This document shows positions 8,290 through 17,638 of a DNA stretch of 64,000 nucleotides, piece after piece; the first letter of the stretch is position 1; every line of letters starts with the position of its first letter. A program made the position numbers and the translations under genes. Source of the DNA: a virus. Its lineage: Duplodnaviria > Caudoviricetes. Location: the IMG/VR virus record IMGVR_UViG_3300028591_000020, positions 1 to 64,000 of that record; one strand, 5' to 3'. The notes beneath the pieces were generated by a model. The model was given only the letters and a program-made list of their open reading frames with translations. It was not told where the DNA came from and did no database searches.

Positions 8290-9408
8290 TTACTGAACAG
8301 GGCGAACAGCGAACCCGTAGCACCGGTAGTTGTTGTTCAACGGATTGACACCACCAGAGTAGAAGCCCAAGTCCCGAGCATTGACAGCCGAGTTGAACGA
8401 TGCAGACCAGTAGCCGCCGCTCGAGCCGCGACTGTACCAAGACGAGCCGTAGCCGTAGCCAGAGCAAGCGAAGAAAAGCAGATTGCCGTTATTCTTCGAC
8501 TTGAGATAGATACCTACAACACCGTTAACGGTGACGAGCTTGTTAGTCGTGCTGGCATCTATGACGGTAGTACCGTCAGCCTGTACGAAGTCACAGTTGT
8601 CAAACAACTCCTGGAACTCAGCCGTTGTCGGCATACGCCAAGGACCACCGAGGTTAGCACGGGCAGCGTCCTGAGAAGGTGCCATGCTGGCAGTCAGCTT
8701 ACAGCCAGGAGTCTGGCCGTAGATAGAATCGGGCTTGTAGCCATTCTCTGCTTCGTTCTTTGAGTTGTCCCATGTGCCAAAGTCGTAGTCGAAGCTCGAG
8801 TTGTCTTTGGGATTATGGCCGTCAGTATTACCCCATGAGAAGAATGTTTTCTCGTACTGGAATGCGCTGGCAGCGAATTTGTCAGGCTGCGTAAGGTCGA
8901 TGTCTGCGTCAGCCCACTTCAAGCCGCTGGGCAGACCCATATCTACGACGTGGGCAGTAGGTGTCTGACTCTGTTCAAGGCCCATGATGCTTACCATGTT
9001 CCAGTTCGTGCCGTCGTATTGGAACTGCACGATGGTACGAGCCTTGATGACTCCGGGCTGGATGGCAGCACCATACACAAGGATTGGCTTTGCGCCTGTA
9101 TTGTTCACGTTCAATGTAGCACCAGGTACTTCATTGGCAGTGGTAAAGAACACGCTAACCTTGCCATTCTTCTTGAGGGCAAAGTTGGAGATGGCAACTG
9201 TCTTGGCTTGTGTGGTGGCAGGAGTAGAGCATGTGCCATACCCGTTGCCGGAACACGCCATGTCCTGAATCAACTGCTGGGCTGGGTACTGCTTTACAGG
9301 AGTACCATCGGGATTGCAAATCATCACAATCTGGTCAGCAGTAGGAGCACCTTGGGTAAGCCCAGAAACAAGTGCTTTAATAGAATTGGCTGTTGAAATT
9401 CCGTCCAT
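8290..9408 (-). CDS. DGR target: tail-fibre/adhesin with C-terminal C-type-lectin-like variable domain
   Basis: N-terminal fibre-like segment; VDMGLPSGLKWA...WRMPTTAEFQEL; VR at C-terminus; at distal end of tail operon. Confidence 0.85.
   Translation of the reverse strand: MDGISTANSIKALVSGLTQGAPTADQIVMICNPDGTPVKQYPAQQLIQDMACSGNGYGTCSTPATTQAKTVAISNFALKKNGKVSVFFTTANEVPGATLNVNNTGAKPILVYGAAIQPGVIKARTIVQFQYDGTNWNMVSIMGLEQSQTPTAHVVDMGLPSGLKWADADIDLTQPDKFAASAFQYEKTFFSWGNTDGHNPKDNSSFDYDFGTWDNSKNEAENGYKPDSIYGQTPGCKLTASMAPSQDAARANLGGPWRMPTTAEFQELFDNCDFVQADGTTVIDASTTNKLVTVNGVVGIYLKSKNNGNLLFFACSGYGYGSSWYSRGSSGGYWSASFNSAVNARDLGFYSGGVNPLNNNYRCYGFAVRPVQ
8293..8479 (-). repeat. DGR variable region VR1
   Basis: colinear with TR at offset 1045; substitutions at TR adenines (e.g. 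AAC to TAC, AGC, GGC, GAC). Confidence 0.95.
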
Positions 9409-9436
9409 GATTTCTTTCTTTTAATGATTTATATTG

Positions 9437-9982
9437 TTAATTCTTAGTAACTACTGTCTTCGGCATGAGTTTAACCAAATCTTTCAGCATATCGTCAACG
9501 GTATAGCTTACACCATTGTAGGTGTAGATGTCAGTCGGCTTCAATGCGGCAGATGCGTTATTTCGGATAGTGGAAAGGTCGCTGATGGTGTCTTGCTTCT
9601 GAGCAAGAAGAGCGTTAATACTGGCCACCCAATATTCTATTGAGGCATCAGTAAATACTTCCCAGTCTTGATCGAGGGTTTCGTCGGCTATAACAAGGGC
9701 TACCTTTCCCCCAACAGTGTGCGTGACAAAGTGGCCATTGTCTATTTGTGGAACAACTGGCATGTTGCTGGTTGCCCTTAAGGCGCGATACAACACACCG
9801 TTGATGCCGATAACAGCATTCTTCCTGAAAGTGCTCGACGGTGTGAGCGAGTTGATGTCTACAGGAAGCAAATGTTCGTCTGCATTCGAGGCAAGCTCAT
9901 ACTTTAATGCTACGTTGGTGTATATCCACGCGGCAATGGGCTTGTAGATTTTTTGAATGAAGGATCGAAGCGTATTACTCAT
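9437..9982 (-). CDS. tail-associated hypothetical protein
   Basis: 181-aa ORF in late operon. Confidence 0.7.
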   Translation of the reverse strand: MSNTLRSFIQKIYKPIAAWIYTNVALKYELASNADEHLLPVDINSLTPSSTFRKNAVIGINGVLYRALRATSNMPVVPQIDNGHFVTHTVGGKVALVIADETLDQDWEVFTDASIEYWVASINALLAQKQDTISDLSTIRNNASAALKPTDIYTYNGVSYTVDDMLKDLVKLMPKTVVTKN

Positions 9983-10051
9983 ACTGTTCTCTGTTTTTTG
10001 TTGTTAATAGGCTGGCAGAGCCCTTTTAGACCCTGCCAACCGTAGCCTTAA

Positions 10052-10861
10052 TTAGTCACCGCTCTGTGCAGGAGCTTCAGCGGCCTGCATGGCAGCCTCC
10101 CAAGCAGTTGTGCACTCAGCCTCAGTGATGATACCGAAGTCGTTCTCCAGTGCGTAACCAGCCTGTGCGTGGTCGCCCCAGCCGTAAGCACTCTCGGCAT
10201 GGCTCAACTTGGTCTGAACAGCAGAAGCCAGCTTAGCCTCAGTCAGAGTACCGTCGGCAATGTCAGCAGTGATAGTGTGAGTGGCGGGGTCGATGCTCAG
10301 AGTAACCATCTTGCCAGTCTGTGTACCAACAGTCAGATACTCGATGCAGGCACTCATGTCTGCGTAGCTGAAAGCAGGAGTCTCGCCTGCAGCGTTGCTA
10401 TTGTACTTCATGTACACACCTACACCTGTTACACCCTGAGCAGCAGTTACCTCGGTTGTGCCGTCGTAATACTTACCGCCGTTCTCCGTGATTGTCACAA
10501 GCTGGAACGTGCCGTTAAGAAGGTCTTTCTCAATGTCGATGTCCATCGTGGTGGCACCAGCACCTGTTCCTTTCGTAAAGCGATAACTCTTGAGCTTTCC
10601 AGCGTTAGGGTTCTGCAGGACCTCAAAGGTCACAACGTCACTGTTGGCCTTGCCAGCCAGTTCAATCAGAGCTTCCTCCACGTTGGTGGACTGAGAGAAT
10701 GCAGCGTTGGTGAACGCAATGTCATCAGCTGCGAGAGCGTTAACCAATCCCTCTGCGTAGGTCTTGGCGGTGTTCAAACTTGACACAATGGTCACGGCAA
10801 TCAGATTCAGCACAAACTGCAATCTTGCCTTGGTCACGAGCTTTGATAAATCAATTGTCAT
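10052..10861 (-). CDS. putative tail fibre/structural protein
   Basis: DGTLTEAKLASAV fibre-like motif; Ala/Thr/Gly-rich. Confidence 0.6.
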   Translation of the reverse strand: MTIDLSKLVTKARLQFVLNLIAVTIVSSLNTAKTYAEGLVNALAADDIAFTNAAFSQSTNVEEALIELAGKANSDVVTFEVLQNPNAGKLKSYRFTKGTGAGATTMDIDIEKDLLNGTFQLVTITENGGKYYDGTTEVTAAQGVTGVGVYMKYNSNAAGETPAFSYADMSACIEYLTVGTQTGKMVTLSIDPATHTITADIADGTLTEAKLASAVQTKLSHAESAYGWGDHAQAGYALENDFGIITEAECTTAWEAAMQAAEAPAQSGD

Positions 10862-10923
10862 AAAGCGTAATGATTTAAAATGTTAATAAATAATGTGAAC
10901 TATACTGAGTGAAAAACTCATTC

Positions 10924-11262
10924 TTAATCTTTAGCTGCCTCATTGATGGCATTCTGCCAGTCATCGGCAAGGTCGGTGTCGGAAATGTCTTCCGTATCCT
11001 GTGGGTCAACATCAAGGCCAGCGTTGTTCATAGCTTCCTGCCAGTCATCTTCCAGCTCTTGCTCGGTAATGACATTCGACTCGTCAAGAACGTCGAGCTT
11101 ATCCTGAATATCCTTGTCGAGGTCTTCCTTCTGAATGCTGCCGTCCTCAATCTGCTGAGAGCCCACACTATTGGGAGCTGGCTGACTGCCACCGCTACCA
11201 CCACTACTACACTCGTACTGTGTTCCGTCACAGTCTTCGATGATCAATGTTCTTTTTTCCAT
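10924..11262 (-). CDS. acidic hypothetical protein
   Basis: DGSIQKEDL motif and duplicated DDWQ.A.N.A. Confidence 0.65.
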   Translation of the reverse strand: MEKRTLIIEDCDGTQYECSSGGSGGSQPAPNSVGSQQIEDGSIQKEDLDKDIQDKLDVLDESNVITEQELEDDWQEAMNNAGLDVDPQDTEDISDTDLADDWQNAINEAAKD

Positions 11263-11270
11263 ATCCGTAG

Positions 11271-11492
11271 TTATTTAATGATGATTACTGCTTGCATATT
11301 CTTTTTCTCTGCCCGTGCCTTTATGGCCGTTTTGGCCGTGAGAATACTCGAATAGAATTTCTGTAGTCCAAGGGTGGGGCAACCTTTCTGAAAGAACTGC
11401 CAAAGCCACAGGAACTTTCTTCTTTGCTCAATCAGGTATCGCTTCGGAGCAATCTTCCTGACTCTGATGATGATTTGTTTTTTCTTTGCCAT
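11271..11492 (-). CDS. basic hypothetical protein
   Basis: 73-aa ORF packed in operon. Confidence 0.6.
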   Translation of the reverse strand: MAKKKQIIIRVRKIAPKRYLIEQRRKFLWLWQFFQKGCPTLGLQKFYSSILTAKTAIKARAEKKNMQAVIIIK

Positions 11493-11504
11493 GTTATTTC
11501 GTGT

Positions 11505-14500
11505 TTAAAGTGAATATCCAGCGTTCTGCAAGATGGCCTGCAACTTCGACTTGTTGATGTAGAGCGTCTTATAGCTACCAACACCTTTGCTATCAATGTA
11601 CTGCAAGTTGAACCAGTAGATGGGGTCTGCAAGTTTATCTTCATTCCAGTCTGTCGGGTCAACAATGAGATTTATATACCCAAACCACGTAAAGCCACTG
11701 CCATAACCCTTGCTGCCTCCTGCGCTTGTGTCAAGCCAGAATGCCTGAACAGGACTGTAAGCGTCTTTCGTGTTGTAGTAATAGACATCGCCTTCTTTCG
11801 TCCTATTGTAGTCGCTATCCTGCATAACGTTGTAACCCCTAAGTTCAAGCTCTTCAATAGACCTACCGTTAAGCATGGTCTCTTTGCTCGAAATGATACC
11901 AGACTGAGGATTATTACACGTCACGACGATACCACCACCATAGACATCACCAGTCTGGAATGGAGAGTGGTAGCTGGCCTTAATGAATTTGCCATTAAAG
12001 TATCTTGCTTCTTCACCACTTGCACAATAGTTGCCACCAAAGTAAGCATTTGCCATGATCTTGGCAAGATACTTTTTCAGGAAAGTCGATGATGGTGGCA
12101 CCTGACTCTTGAACATATACCGATATACCGTAACTATTGCGCTATTTGGTATTTCCGTTGCATCGTATGAACCGTCATCAATGTTGTAATATTGCAGTGT
12201 AAACGATTCAGCCTGAGACTGTGTTCTTTCAGATTCAACAGGGCCGAGACCGTATGTAAACATACCGTTTTTGTCATAGAAATTCAGTACAGCACAACCG
12301 TTAGCATCAACACCAAGCACGATATTCGGGAAATTGTAAGCACCATAGAGCTTGATAACACCTTCGCTGATTTCAACCTTTGAAGATGGACCAATGGTAA
12401 CGATTTTACCTCTGATGTTGGCATCGTTCTGATAGGTACGGCCTGTTCTTAAGTCAACGGCATAGTTTGGAATGAATCTGGCATCGGTTGACTCTATTTC
12501 GATAGATTCAATATAACCAATCTCTCCGTTCTCATTCATGCCTGCGCGGAGATTAAATTTGCCACTACCTGTAGTTATCGTCTTTGTGTACACAAGTGTC
12601 ACAACTTCATCACTCGTTGTTGAACCAAGATAATAAGCGTCGCTCGAATCGTTGTCATCGAACAGCCTCAGATGCATGGTGTCACTGCTGTTTACGTAAC
12701 ACGTAATCTTGATGATATATGTACCTGCAGTAAGGCTGAAATTATTGGTGATTCTGGTCCACTCATTGCTATAACCCTTATCAACTTCATCGGTTTTAAC
12801 AGGAATCTGAAAACTCTCAAAGCCCATCGGATATGCAGGGTCGAAATAGGTATAGGCAGCACGGTTTTTGTATTCGCCTGGCTCTTCCACAGAACCACCG
12901 TAATATACACCGTCAATTGTTCCGTGAACAGAGATAAGCCAGTCACCTGTTATGATGGCAGCTCCGAACTGAGCGAAGTTCTTGACAAAGATTGCATCAG
13001 TGAGTACCACACCATAGTTCTGTAGAATCTTCCACTTATGACTGCTGTTAGATGGTATATCATTGGCCGTTGCAGATGCAACGTCGAGATACCACCATGC
13101 GGTTGCGTAATAAACCACAGGACATAACTTTGCCGTGCGTGAATAGGGAGCTTTCTTTGGGAACTCGCCTGCAATGTAGTACATGCGGCCAGTATCTCCC
13201 TTATCACCTTGATTGGCAATCGTCACATACTTGACACACTTGACAGAACCACCGATAACGATGGCTGCAAATATACTGTTGGAACCTTTGGCATAATCAT
13301 TTTGGTTGTCATCATTGAACCAAGTTCCAGCATCAAAATTTCCGCTTCCGTCAGTTGTGGTGTCTGCATACGTTTTATCGTCATTCAGTATATAGCCGTA
13401 TCTTATCATCGTGTTTGTGAGTACGGAGCGCGTGCTTCCAACGATTTTATAAGCTGTACCAGCAAGGCCTGCCGTAATGATTCCACTCGAATCAACTTTT
13501 GCCCATGCAGTATTGAGTACTATGTCATACATAACAGCATCGTCACCATCCTCACCTTTTTCGCCATCTTTTGTATGGCTTACACAAGTGCCAGTGATGG
13601 AATTTGCGTTAACGCTTGTGCATTTATAGATAGCAGTATGATTCTTACCTGAGTCACTTGATGTACCGGTAACTACGAAATAGTCACTTACACGGCAAGC
13701 AGTAAAATCGCTGTCACCAGTACGCTTGGTGTAATTCTCAGAATGTCCTAATTCTGCATAGGTATTCCAGTTGGCATCAGTGTAGAGGTTGTTTCTAATC
13801 AGAGTCAGAGCAATGCTATAACCAGTTGCACCGTCATTACCAAAATAGCCAATACACTGACCTGATTCTGACGGAACATAAGTTGTACCACCACCGCTGT
13901 AGACTAACTTTGTGCGCGTCCACAAATACTTTCCTTTCTCTGCAGTTGGAGGTGTATTATCCTGCCAAGAGCCTGTTGCAGTAGAAGCCGTACCAAGTGC
14001 ATACTGCTCTGTGACGGAAGCAAATTCACTAACTTTACCCAGGCATTGCTTACCTGTATATTTAGTTGTATTGTTGGAAAGCGTAACCTTCGTTGCCTGC
14101 CAAATATATTTCGATGCGTTGGCAGAAGTTATGTCTAATTCAGCAAAAGTTGTCTTCCATGATACAGAGTCAGCAGGCGCAGTAGAACCGCTGTCACTCA
14201 GAACGAACACAATATCTGCTGACGATATGCTTACACCGTCTTCTACCAATTTCGTTGCTGGATTGCTCCACTCGTCGGCATTGATCGTGTCGGTAGTTCC
14301 ACGGCTTACTGCCATTGCCTGACGTACCCAGCAGGGATAGTGGTTGTTGTCAGTGGCAGGAATATTCGTGCTCCAGCCATTCAGTGTACCTGTCAAGGCT
14401 CCAGTAGCGAAGGTGTAAACAGCTCCGTCGGCTGGCTTGTCAGTAGGCTGAGAGGCTGCACGTTTATAGATAAAGACAGGAGCAGAACTCATACCGTCGG

Positions 14501-14822
14501 CAACGTATTCGACGGGAGTACTCCAATCGGAAGCTGCTATATCGTCAGTATCAGACTGACTACGGGCAACAGCCATGATGACATACAGCTTTGTGTTAGC
14601 TGATGCCGTGGGGATATTCTGACTCCATCCGTTGAAGTATGTCGATGCGCCAGTAAGCCTACCTGTACTGAAAGTATAGGTAAGGGGTCCTGACGGGCGG
14701 TTATTGTCCGTTAGTACGCTGGCAGAGCGACGGTACAAAGGTACGACGACTGTGTTGTAGCCGTCAGTACCATTGGTTCCGTCGATGATACCTTGACAAA
14801 CTAAGCCTCCTGATGCTCTCAT
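11505..14822 (-). CDS. large tail fibre / host-specificity protein
   Basis: internal repeats (YTF.TG.LTG..NGWS.NIP; KYLW.RTK), short collagen-like G-x-x runs. Confidence 0.75.
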   Translation of the reverse strand: MRASGGLVCQGIIDGTNGTDGYNTVVVPLYRRSASVLTDNNRPSGPLTYTFSTGRLTGASTYFNGWSQNIPTASANTKLYVIMAVARSQSDTDDIAASDWSTPVEYVADGMSSAPVFIYKRAASQPTDKPADGAVYTFATGALTGTLNGWSTNIPATDNNHYPCWVRQAMAVSRGTTDTINADEWSNPATKLVEDGVSISSADIVFVLSDSGSTAPADSVSWKTTFAELDITSANASKYIWQATKVTLSNNTTKYTGKQCLGKVSEFASVTEQYALGTASTATGSWQDNTPPTAEKGKYLWTRTKLVYSGGGTTYVPSESGQCIGYFGNDGATGYSIALTLIRNNLYTDANWNTYAELGHSENYTKRTGDSDFTACRVSDYFVVTGTSSDSGKNHTAIYKCTSVNANSITGTCVSHTKDGEKGEDGDDAVMYDIVLNTAWAKVDSSGIITAGLAGTAYKIVGSTRSVLTNTMIRYGYILNDDKTYADTTTDGSGNFDAGTWFNDDNQNDYAKGSNSIFAAIVIGGSVKCVKYVTIANQGDKGDTGRMYYIAGEFPKKAPYSRTAKLCPVVYYATAWWYLDVASATANDIPSNSSHKWKILQNYGVVLTDAIFVKNFAQFGAAIITGDWLISVHGTIDGVYYGGSVEEPGEYKNRAAYTYFDPAYPMGFESFQIPVKTDEVDKGYSNEWTRITNNFSLTAGTYIIKITCYVNSSDTMHLRLFDDNDSSDAYYLGSTTSDEVVTLVYTKTITTGSGKFNLRAGMNENGEIGYIESIEIESTDARFIPNYAVDLRTGRTYQNDANIRGKIVTIGPSSKVEISEGVIKLYGAYNFPNIVLGVDANGCAVLNFYDKNGMFTYGLGPVESERTQSQAESFTLQYYNIDDGSYDATEIPNSAIVTVYRYMFKSQVPPSSTFLKKYLAKIMANAYFGGNYCASGEEARYFNGKFIKASYHSPFQTGDVYGGGIVVTCNNPQSGIISSKETMLNGRSIEELELRGYNVMQDSDYNRTKEGDVYYYNTKDAYSPVQAFWLDTSAGGSKGYGSGFTWFGYINLIVDPTDWNEDKLADPIYWFNLQYIDSKGVGSYKTLYINKSKLQAILQNAGYSL

Positions 14823-14843
14823 GTCTTTATCTATTCGTTTGCG

Positions 14844-16103
14844 TTAGAACTCTGATGACTGTGCGTGAATCTTTACAGGTCGAGCTACCTTGTTGCCGTT
14901 CCCATCAGTGAGCACGACATCCTGGTAGCGCAACGAGCAATATGTCTGACCGCCAGTAGATGGAATGCCGGGCAGGTCACTGATAGATGCTCCTGTATTG
15001 GCATCGTCTGCGTTGAACGTCCATGTAACACTGGCTGCACTGCTGCCAGCAGGGAACGTGTCACCCTTATCCGTGTAGAGCTTCGGGAAGATATACTTCG
15101 TCTGACCTGTGCGGATATTCAGGCGAGGCTCAAGACCTGTCAACTCTATGCCGTTTGTGCCTGCTGCATTATCACAGATAAGCCACTTCACAGCGTACGG
15201 GTCGCTGAGGTCGTAAACAGCAGAGGTACCACTGGCCAACTCGTTACCCTGAGCATCGTACACACGGCAGCGGAGAGTTAGCAGACAGTCAACTGCTTCC
15301 GGACCAATGGTAATCAAGTCGCCAGGAACAAGGCTCTGACCAATGGTGATGTCGGTTGTTCCACCTGCTGCCTGACTGTCTTTCAGTTCCACCTCTGTAG
15401 GTCCTGTGATGTCAAAGAACTTGAATGTATAACCTGTCATGTCTGATGCGCTAACAGGAACACCGTTATGATACAGTCGTGCAAGTCTCTGAGTGGAAAG
15501 AATCTGATTGCTGTTGTTGGTCATGATGAACTTAGCAACATTCAGCGGAACGTGCATTTCCACTGAGTAGCCTGCGTTGGCATCTGCTATCGGACGAATG
15601 GCAACGTCTTTGCCAATACCACTGAACTGAATCTGACCGCCACCACTGACTACGCTACCATCAAACGAGATACGGTCATCGTCGGGATTCAGTATGGCAT
15701 CTGCAGGATTGCCTATCATTACCAAGCAGGGAATTGTGCCACCATCATACGCGAAAGTGTCTTTCTTTAACAATCCAGGAACACCGCCTTGCTGGTTGGA
15801 GATATTGTCCGTGAAGCCAACAAGATTGCCGTTATAGTAGATGTTGGTGATATTAAGGGTTGATGTGATGTCTTGACCTGACGAGGTATCAAAAGCACGG
15901 ATGATGATGCGTGGCAGTGTCGCTTTCTCTGCTGATGTGCCATGCTCATAGATATGCGCCCAATCAGGTGTGCATGTCGTTTCGTCGAAATACTGAGTTA
16001 GGGATGCTGGATTGCCTGCAGCATCTACTACCATGATGTCATATGCAACGGTTGTTCCGTCAATGGTGCCTGCTACAACGAGGCCCGCGTTTACTCTATT
16101 CAT
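14844..16103 (-). CDS. tail/baseplate structural protein
   Basis: beta-rich 419-aa ORF downstream of tail hub gene. Confidence 0.6.
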   Translation of the reverse strand: MNRVNAGLVVAGTIDGTTVAYDIMVVDAAGNPASLTQYFDETTCTPDWAHIYEHGTSAEKATLPRIIIRAFDTSSGQDITSTLNITNIYYNGNLVGFTDNISNQQGGVPGLLKKDTFAYDGGTIPCLVMIGNPADAILNPDDDRISFDGSVVSGGGQIQFSGIGKDVAIRPIADANAGYSVEMHVPLNVAKFIMTNNSNQILSTQRLARLYHNGVPVSASDMTGYTFKFFDITGPTEVELKDSQAAGGTTDITIGQSLVPGDLITIGPEAVDCLLTLRCRVYDAQGNELASGTSAVYDLSDPYAVKWLICDNAAGTNGIELTGLEPRLNIRTGQTKYIFPKLYTDKGDTFPAGSSAASVTWTFNADDANTGASISDLPGIPSTGGQTYCSLRYQDVVLTDGNGNKVARPVKIHAQSSEF

Positions 16104-16288
16104 ACGGTCCCTCCTTTCTTCATCTTGGAGCGAAGCTCATTGAGCACCGCTGTATTGGGTACCAAGGTGACTCCTTCAAGAGCACCCATCAGTCTTGCCT
16201 CGCGTCCGCTGACAATGGCGCGTCCGTCGGGCATCGTCTCGTAATGTCTTCCTTCTGGCAGACGGGATTTGTCAATCAATACATACAT
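16100..16288 (-). CDS. small hypothetical protein
   Basis: 62-aa ORF overlapping the next start. Confidence 0.6.
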   Translation of the reverse strand: MYVLIDKSRLPEGRHYETMPDGRAIVSGREARLMGALEGVTLVPNTAVLNELRSKMKKGGTV

Positions 16289-16306
16289 AGCTATAATGTT
16301 TTGAAT

Positions 16307-17626
16307 TTACTCGAATGATGGCGATATAACCTTTTGGTTGTCGTCTATAACTTGACTGTCGTTCTCTACGACAATATCACAGCCTGAATAGAGAGAAACG
16401 TCAGCCCATACGTTAAAGCCCTCGGGGAACGAGAATCCTTTTTCGCTTGGGATAAAGCTGATGTTTGGCGTAGTACCCAAGGAAATGATTGCTCCAGTTT
16501 TGAGATTCTGAGCTTTCCAGTGAATGCGGAACAGACATCTTCGGTTTTGTGGCACGTCTCTTCCGTTATAGCGTAGCTGCATTTCGTAGCTTGCCCGGAT
16601 GCTCATGTGTACATCTTGCCTGTTACCAGTCAGCTGAATGGGGTCTGCGTGTAAGGTATCGTTGAGCGTCATCGTAAACTGTGTGGTGTAGAATGGATTG
16701 TTGTCTGACAAAGGATTCTGCCAAGCCTCGTCTGCTTCCTTACGCTTGCCGTAACAGCGAACCTTGAACTTAGTTTGGATCATCCTCGCGTCAAAGGTCA
16801 GCGTCTTGGTCTTTACTCCTGTCAGCTGCAGATTCTCTATCTCTTCTTCCGTGAACTGCCTCCAGCCGCTTGCCGATGTGCTATCCTCTTTCACCCAAAG
16901 ATAGCTTGCCTCGTTGTCTGGAACTTCACCGTCAGTACCTATCAGCTGTACGTTTACAGAACGTGGCCAAGGAATATCAAGAATGGTCTGACCAGTAGGA
17001 ATAGCATCTGTGAAGGACAATGGATCAAGCAGAACTTCGTCACCACAGTCACCCTTCATTACAATCATATCCGTATTGTAGTTCTCTGTAGTGAAGTCAA
17101 TGCTCTTCAAGACACGCATCGTCATACCTGTACGAGTGTCAACGAACTTCAAGACGGCATAGATAGGCATTGCTGTTAGACGTGTCACATTCTTGTGGAC
17201 GATAAGGCACAAGTTTGGAACGTTATCACACCATGCAGCGTTGCTTCCGTCACTTATCAGGAAGTCTTCACTGCGCCATGCTGCTTCATGAGTCAGCTCG
17301 CCAGTCTCTTCGTCGTAGATGTCAACATCATCCAATACCGACTGTGCAGGATTGGAAATGCGGCCTGTCTGATAGTCACCCTCTATAGGCATCTGTGTGT
17401 ACCATTCTATATCGCTCAGTGTGACAAATCCAGTCATGATGTTTGAAGGGTCATTGACAAACACTTTTCCACCAAGAATACACGGCACCCACTTTCTGTC
17501 ATCCTCAAAGGTGCTCTCGGTAGTATAGAACATCTGACGTGTACTGCCACCAAGGATTACGATGTCTGCAGACATCGACAGTGCATCGAACACCATTTGG
17601 CTGGAATTGGTTCTACTCTTTATCAT
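16307..17626 (-). CDS. tail/baseplate structural protein
   Basis: 439-aa ORF in tail operon. Confidence 0.6.
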   Translation of the reverse strand: MIKSRTNSSQMVFDALSMSADIVILGGSTRQMFYTTESTFEDDRKWVPCILGGKVFVNDPSNIMTGFVTLSDIEWYTQMPIEGDYQTGRISNPAQSVLDDVDIYDEETGELTHEAAWRSEDFLISDGSNAAWCDNVPNLCLIVHKNVTRLTAMPIYAVLKFVDTRTGMTMRVLKSIDFTTENYNTDMIVMKGDCGDEVLLDPLSFTDAIPTGQTILDIPWPRSVNVQLIGTDGEVPDNEASYLWVKEDSTSASGWRQFTEEEIENLQLTGVKTKTLTFDARMIQTKFKVRCYGKRKEADEAWQNPLSDNNPFYTTQFTMTLNDTLHADPIQLTGNRQDVHMSIRASYEMQLRYNGRDVPQNRRCLFRIHWKAQNLKTGAIISLGTTPNISFIPSEKGFSFPEGFNVWADVSLYSGCDIVVENDSQVIDDNQKVISPSFE

Positions 17627-17638
17627 ATCTCTTTCGTT

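Noticed and set aside
9235-9258. ACSGNGYG in the target's N-terminal part, resembling the start of TR/VR (ACSGNGNG)
   Set aside because: DNA differs at non-adenine positions, similarity stops after 8 codons, and there is no IMH or hairpin; not a third VR.
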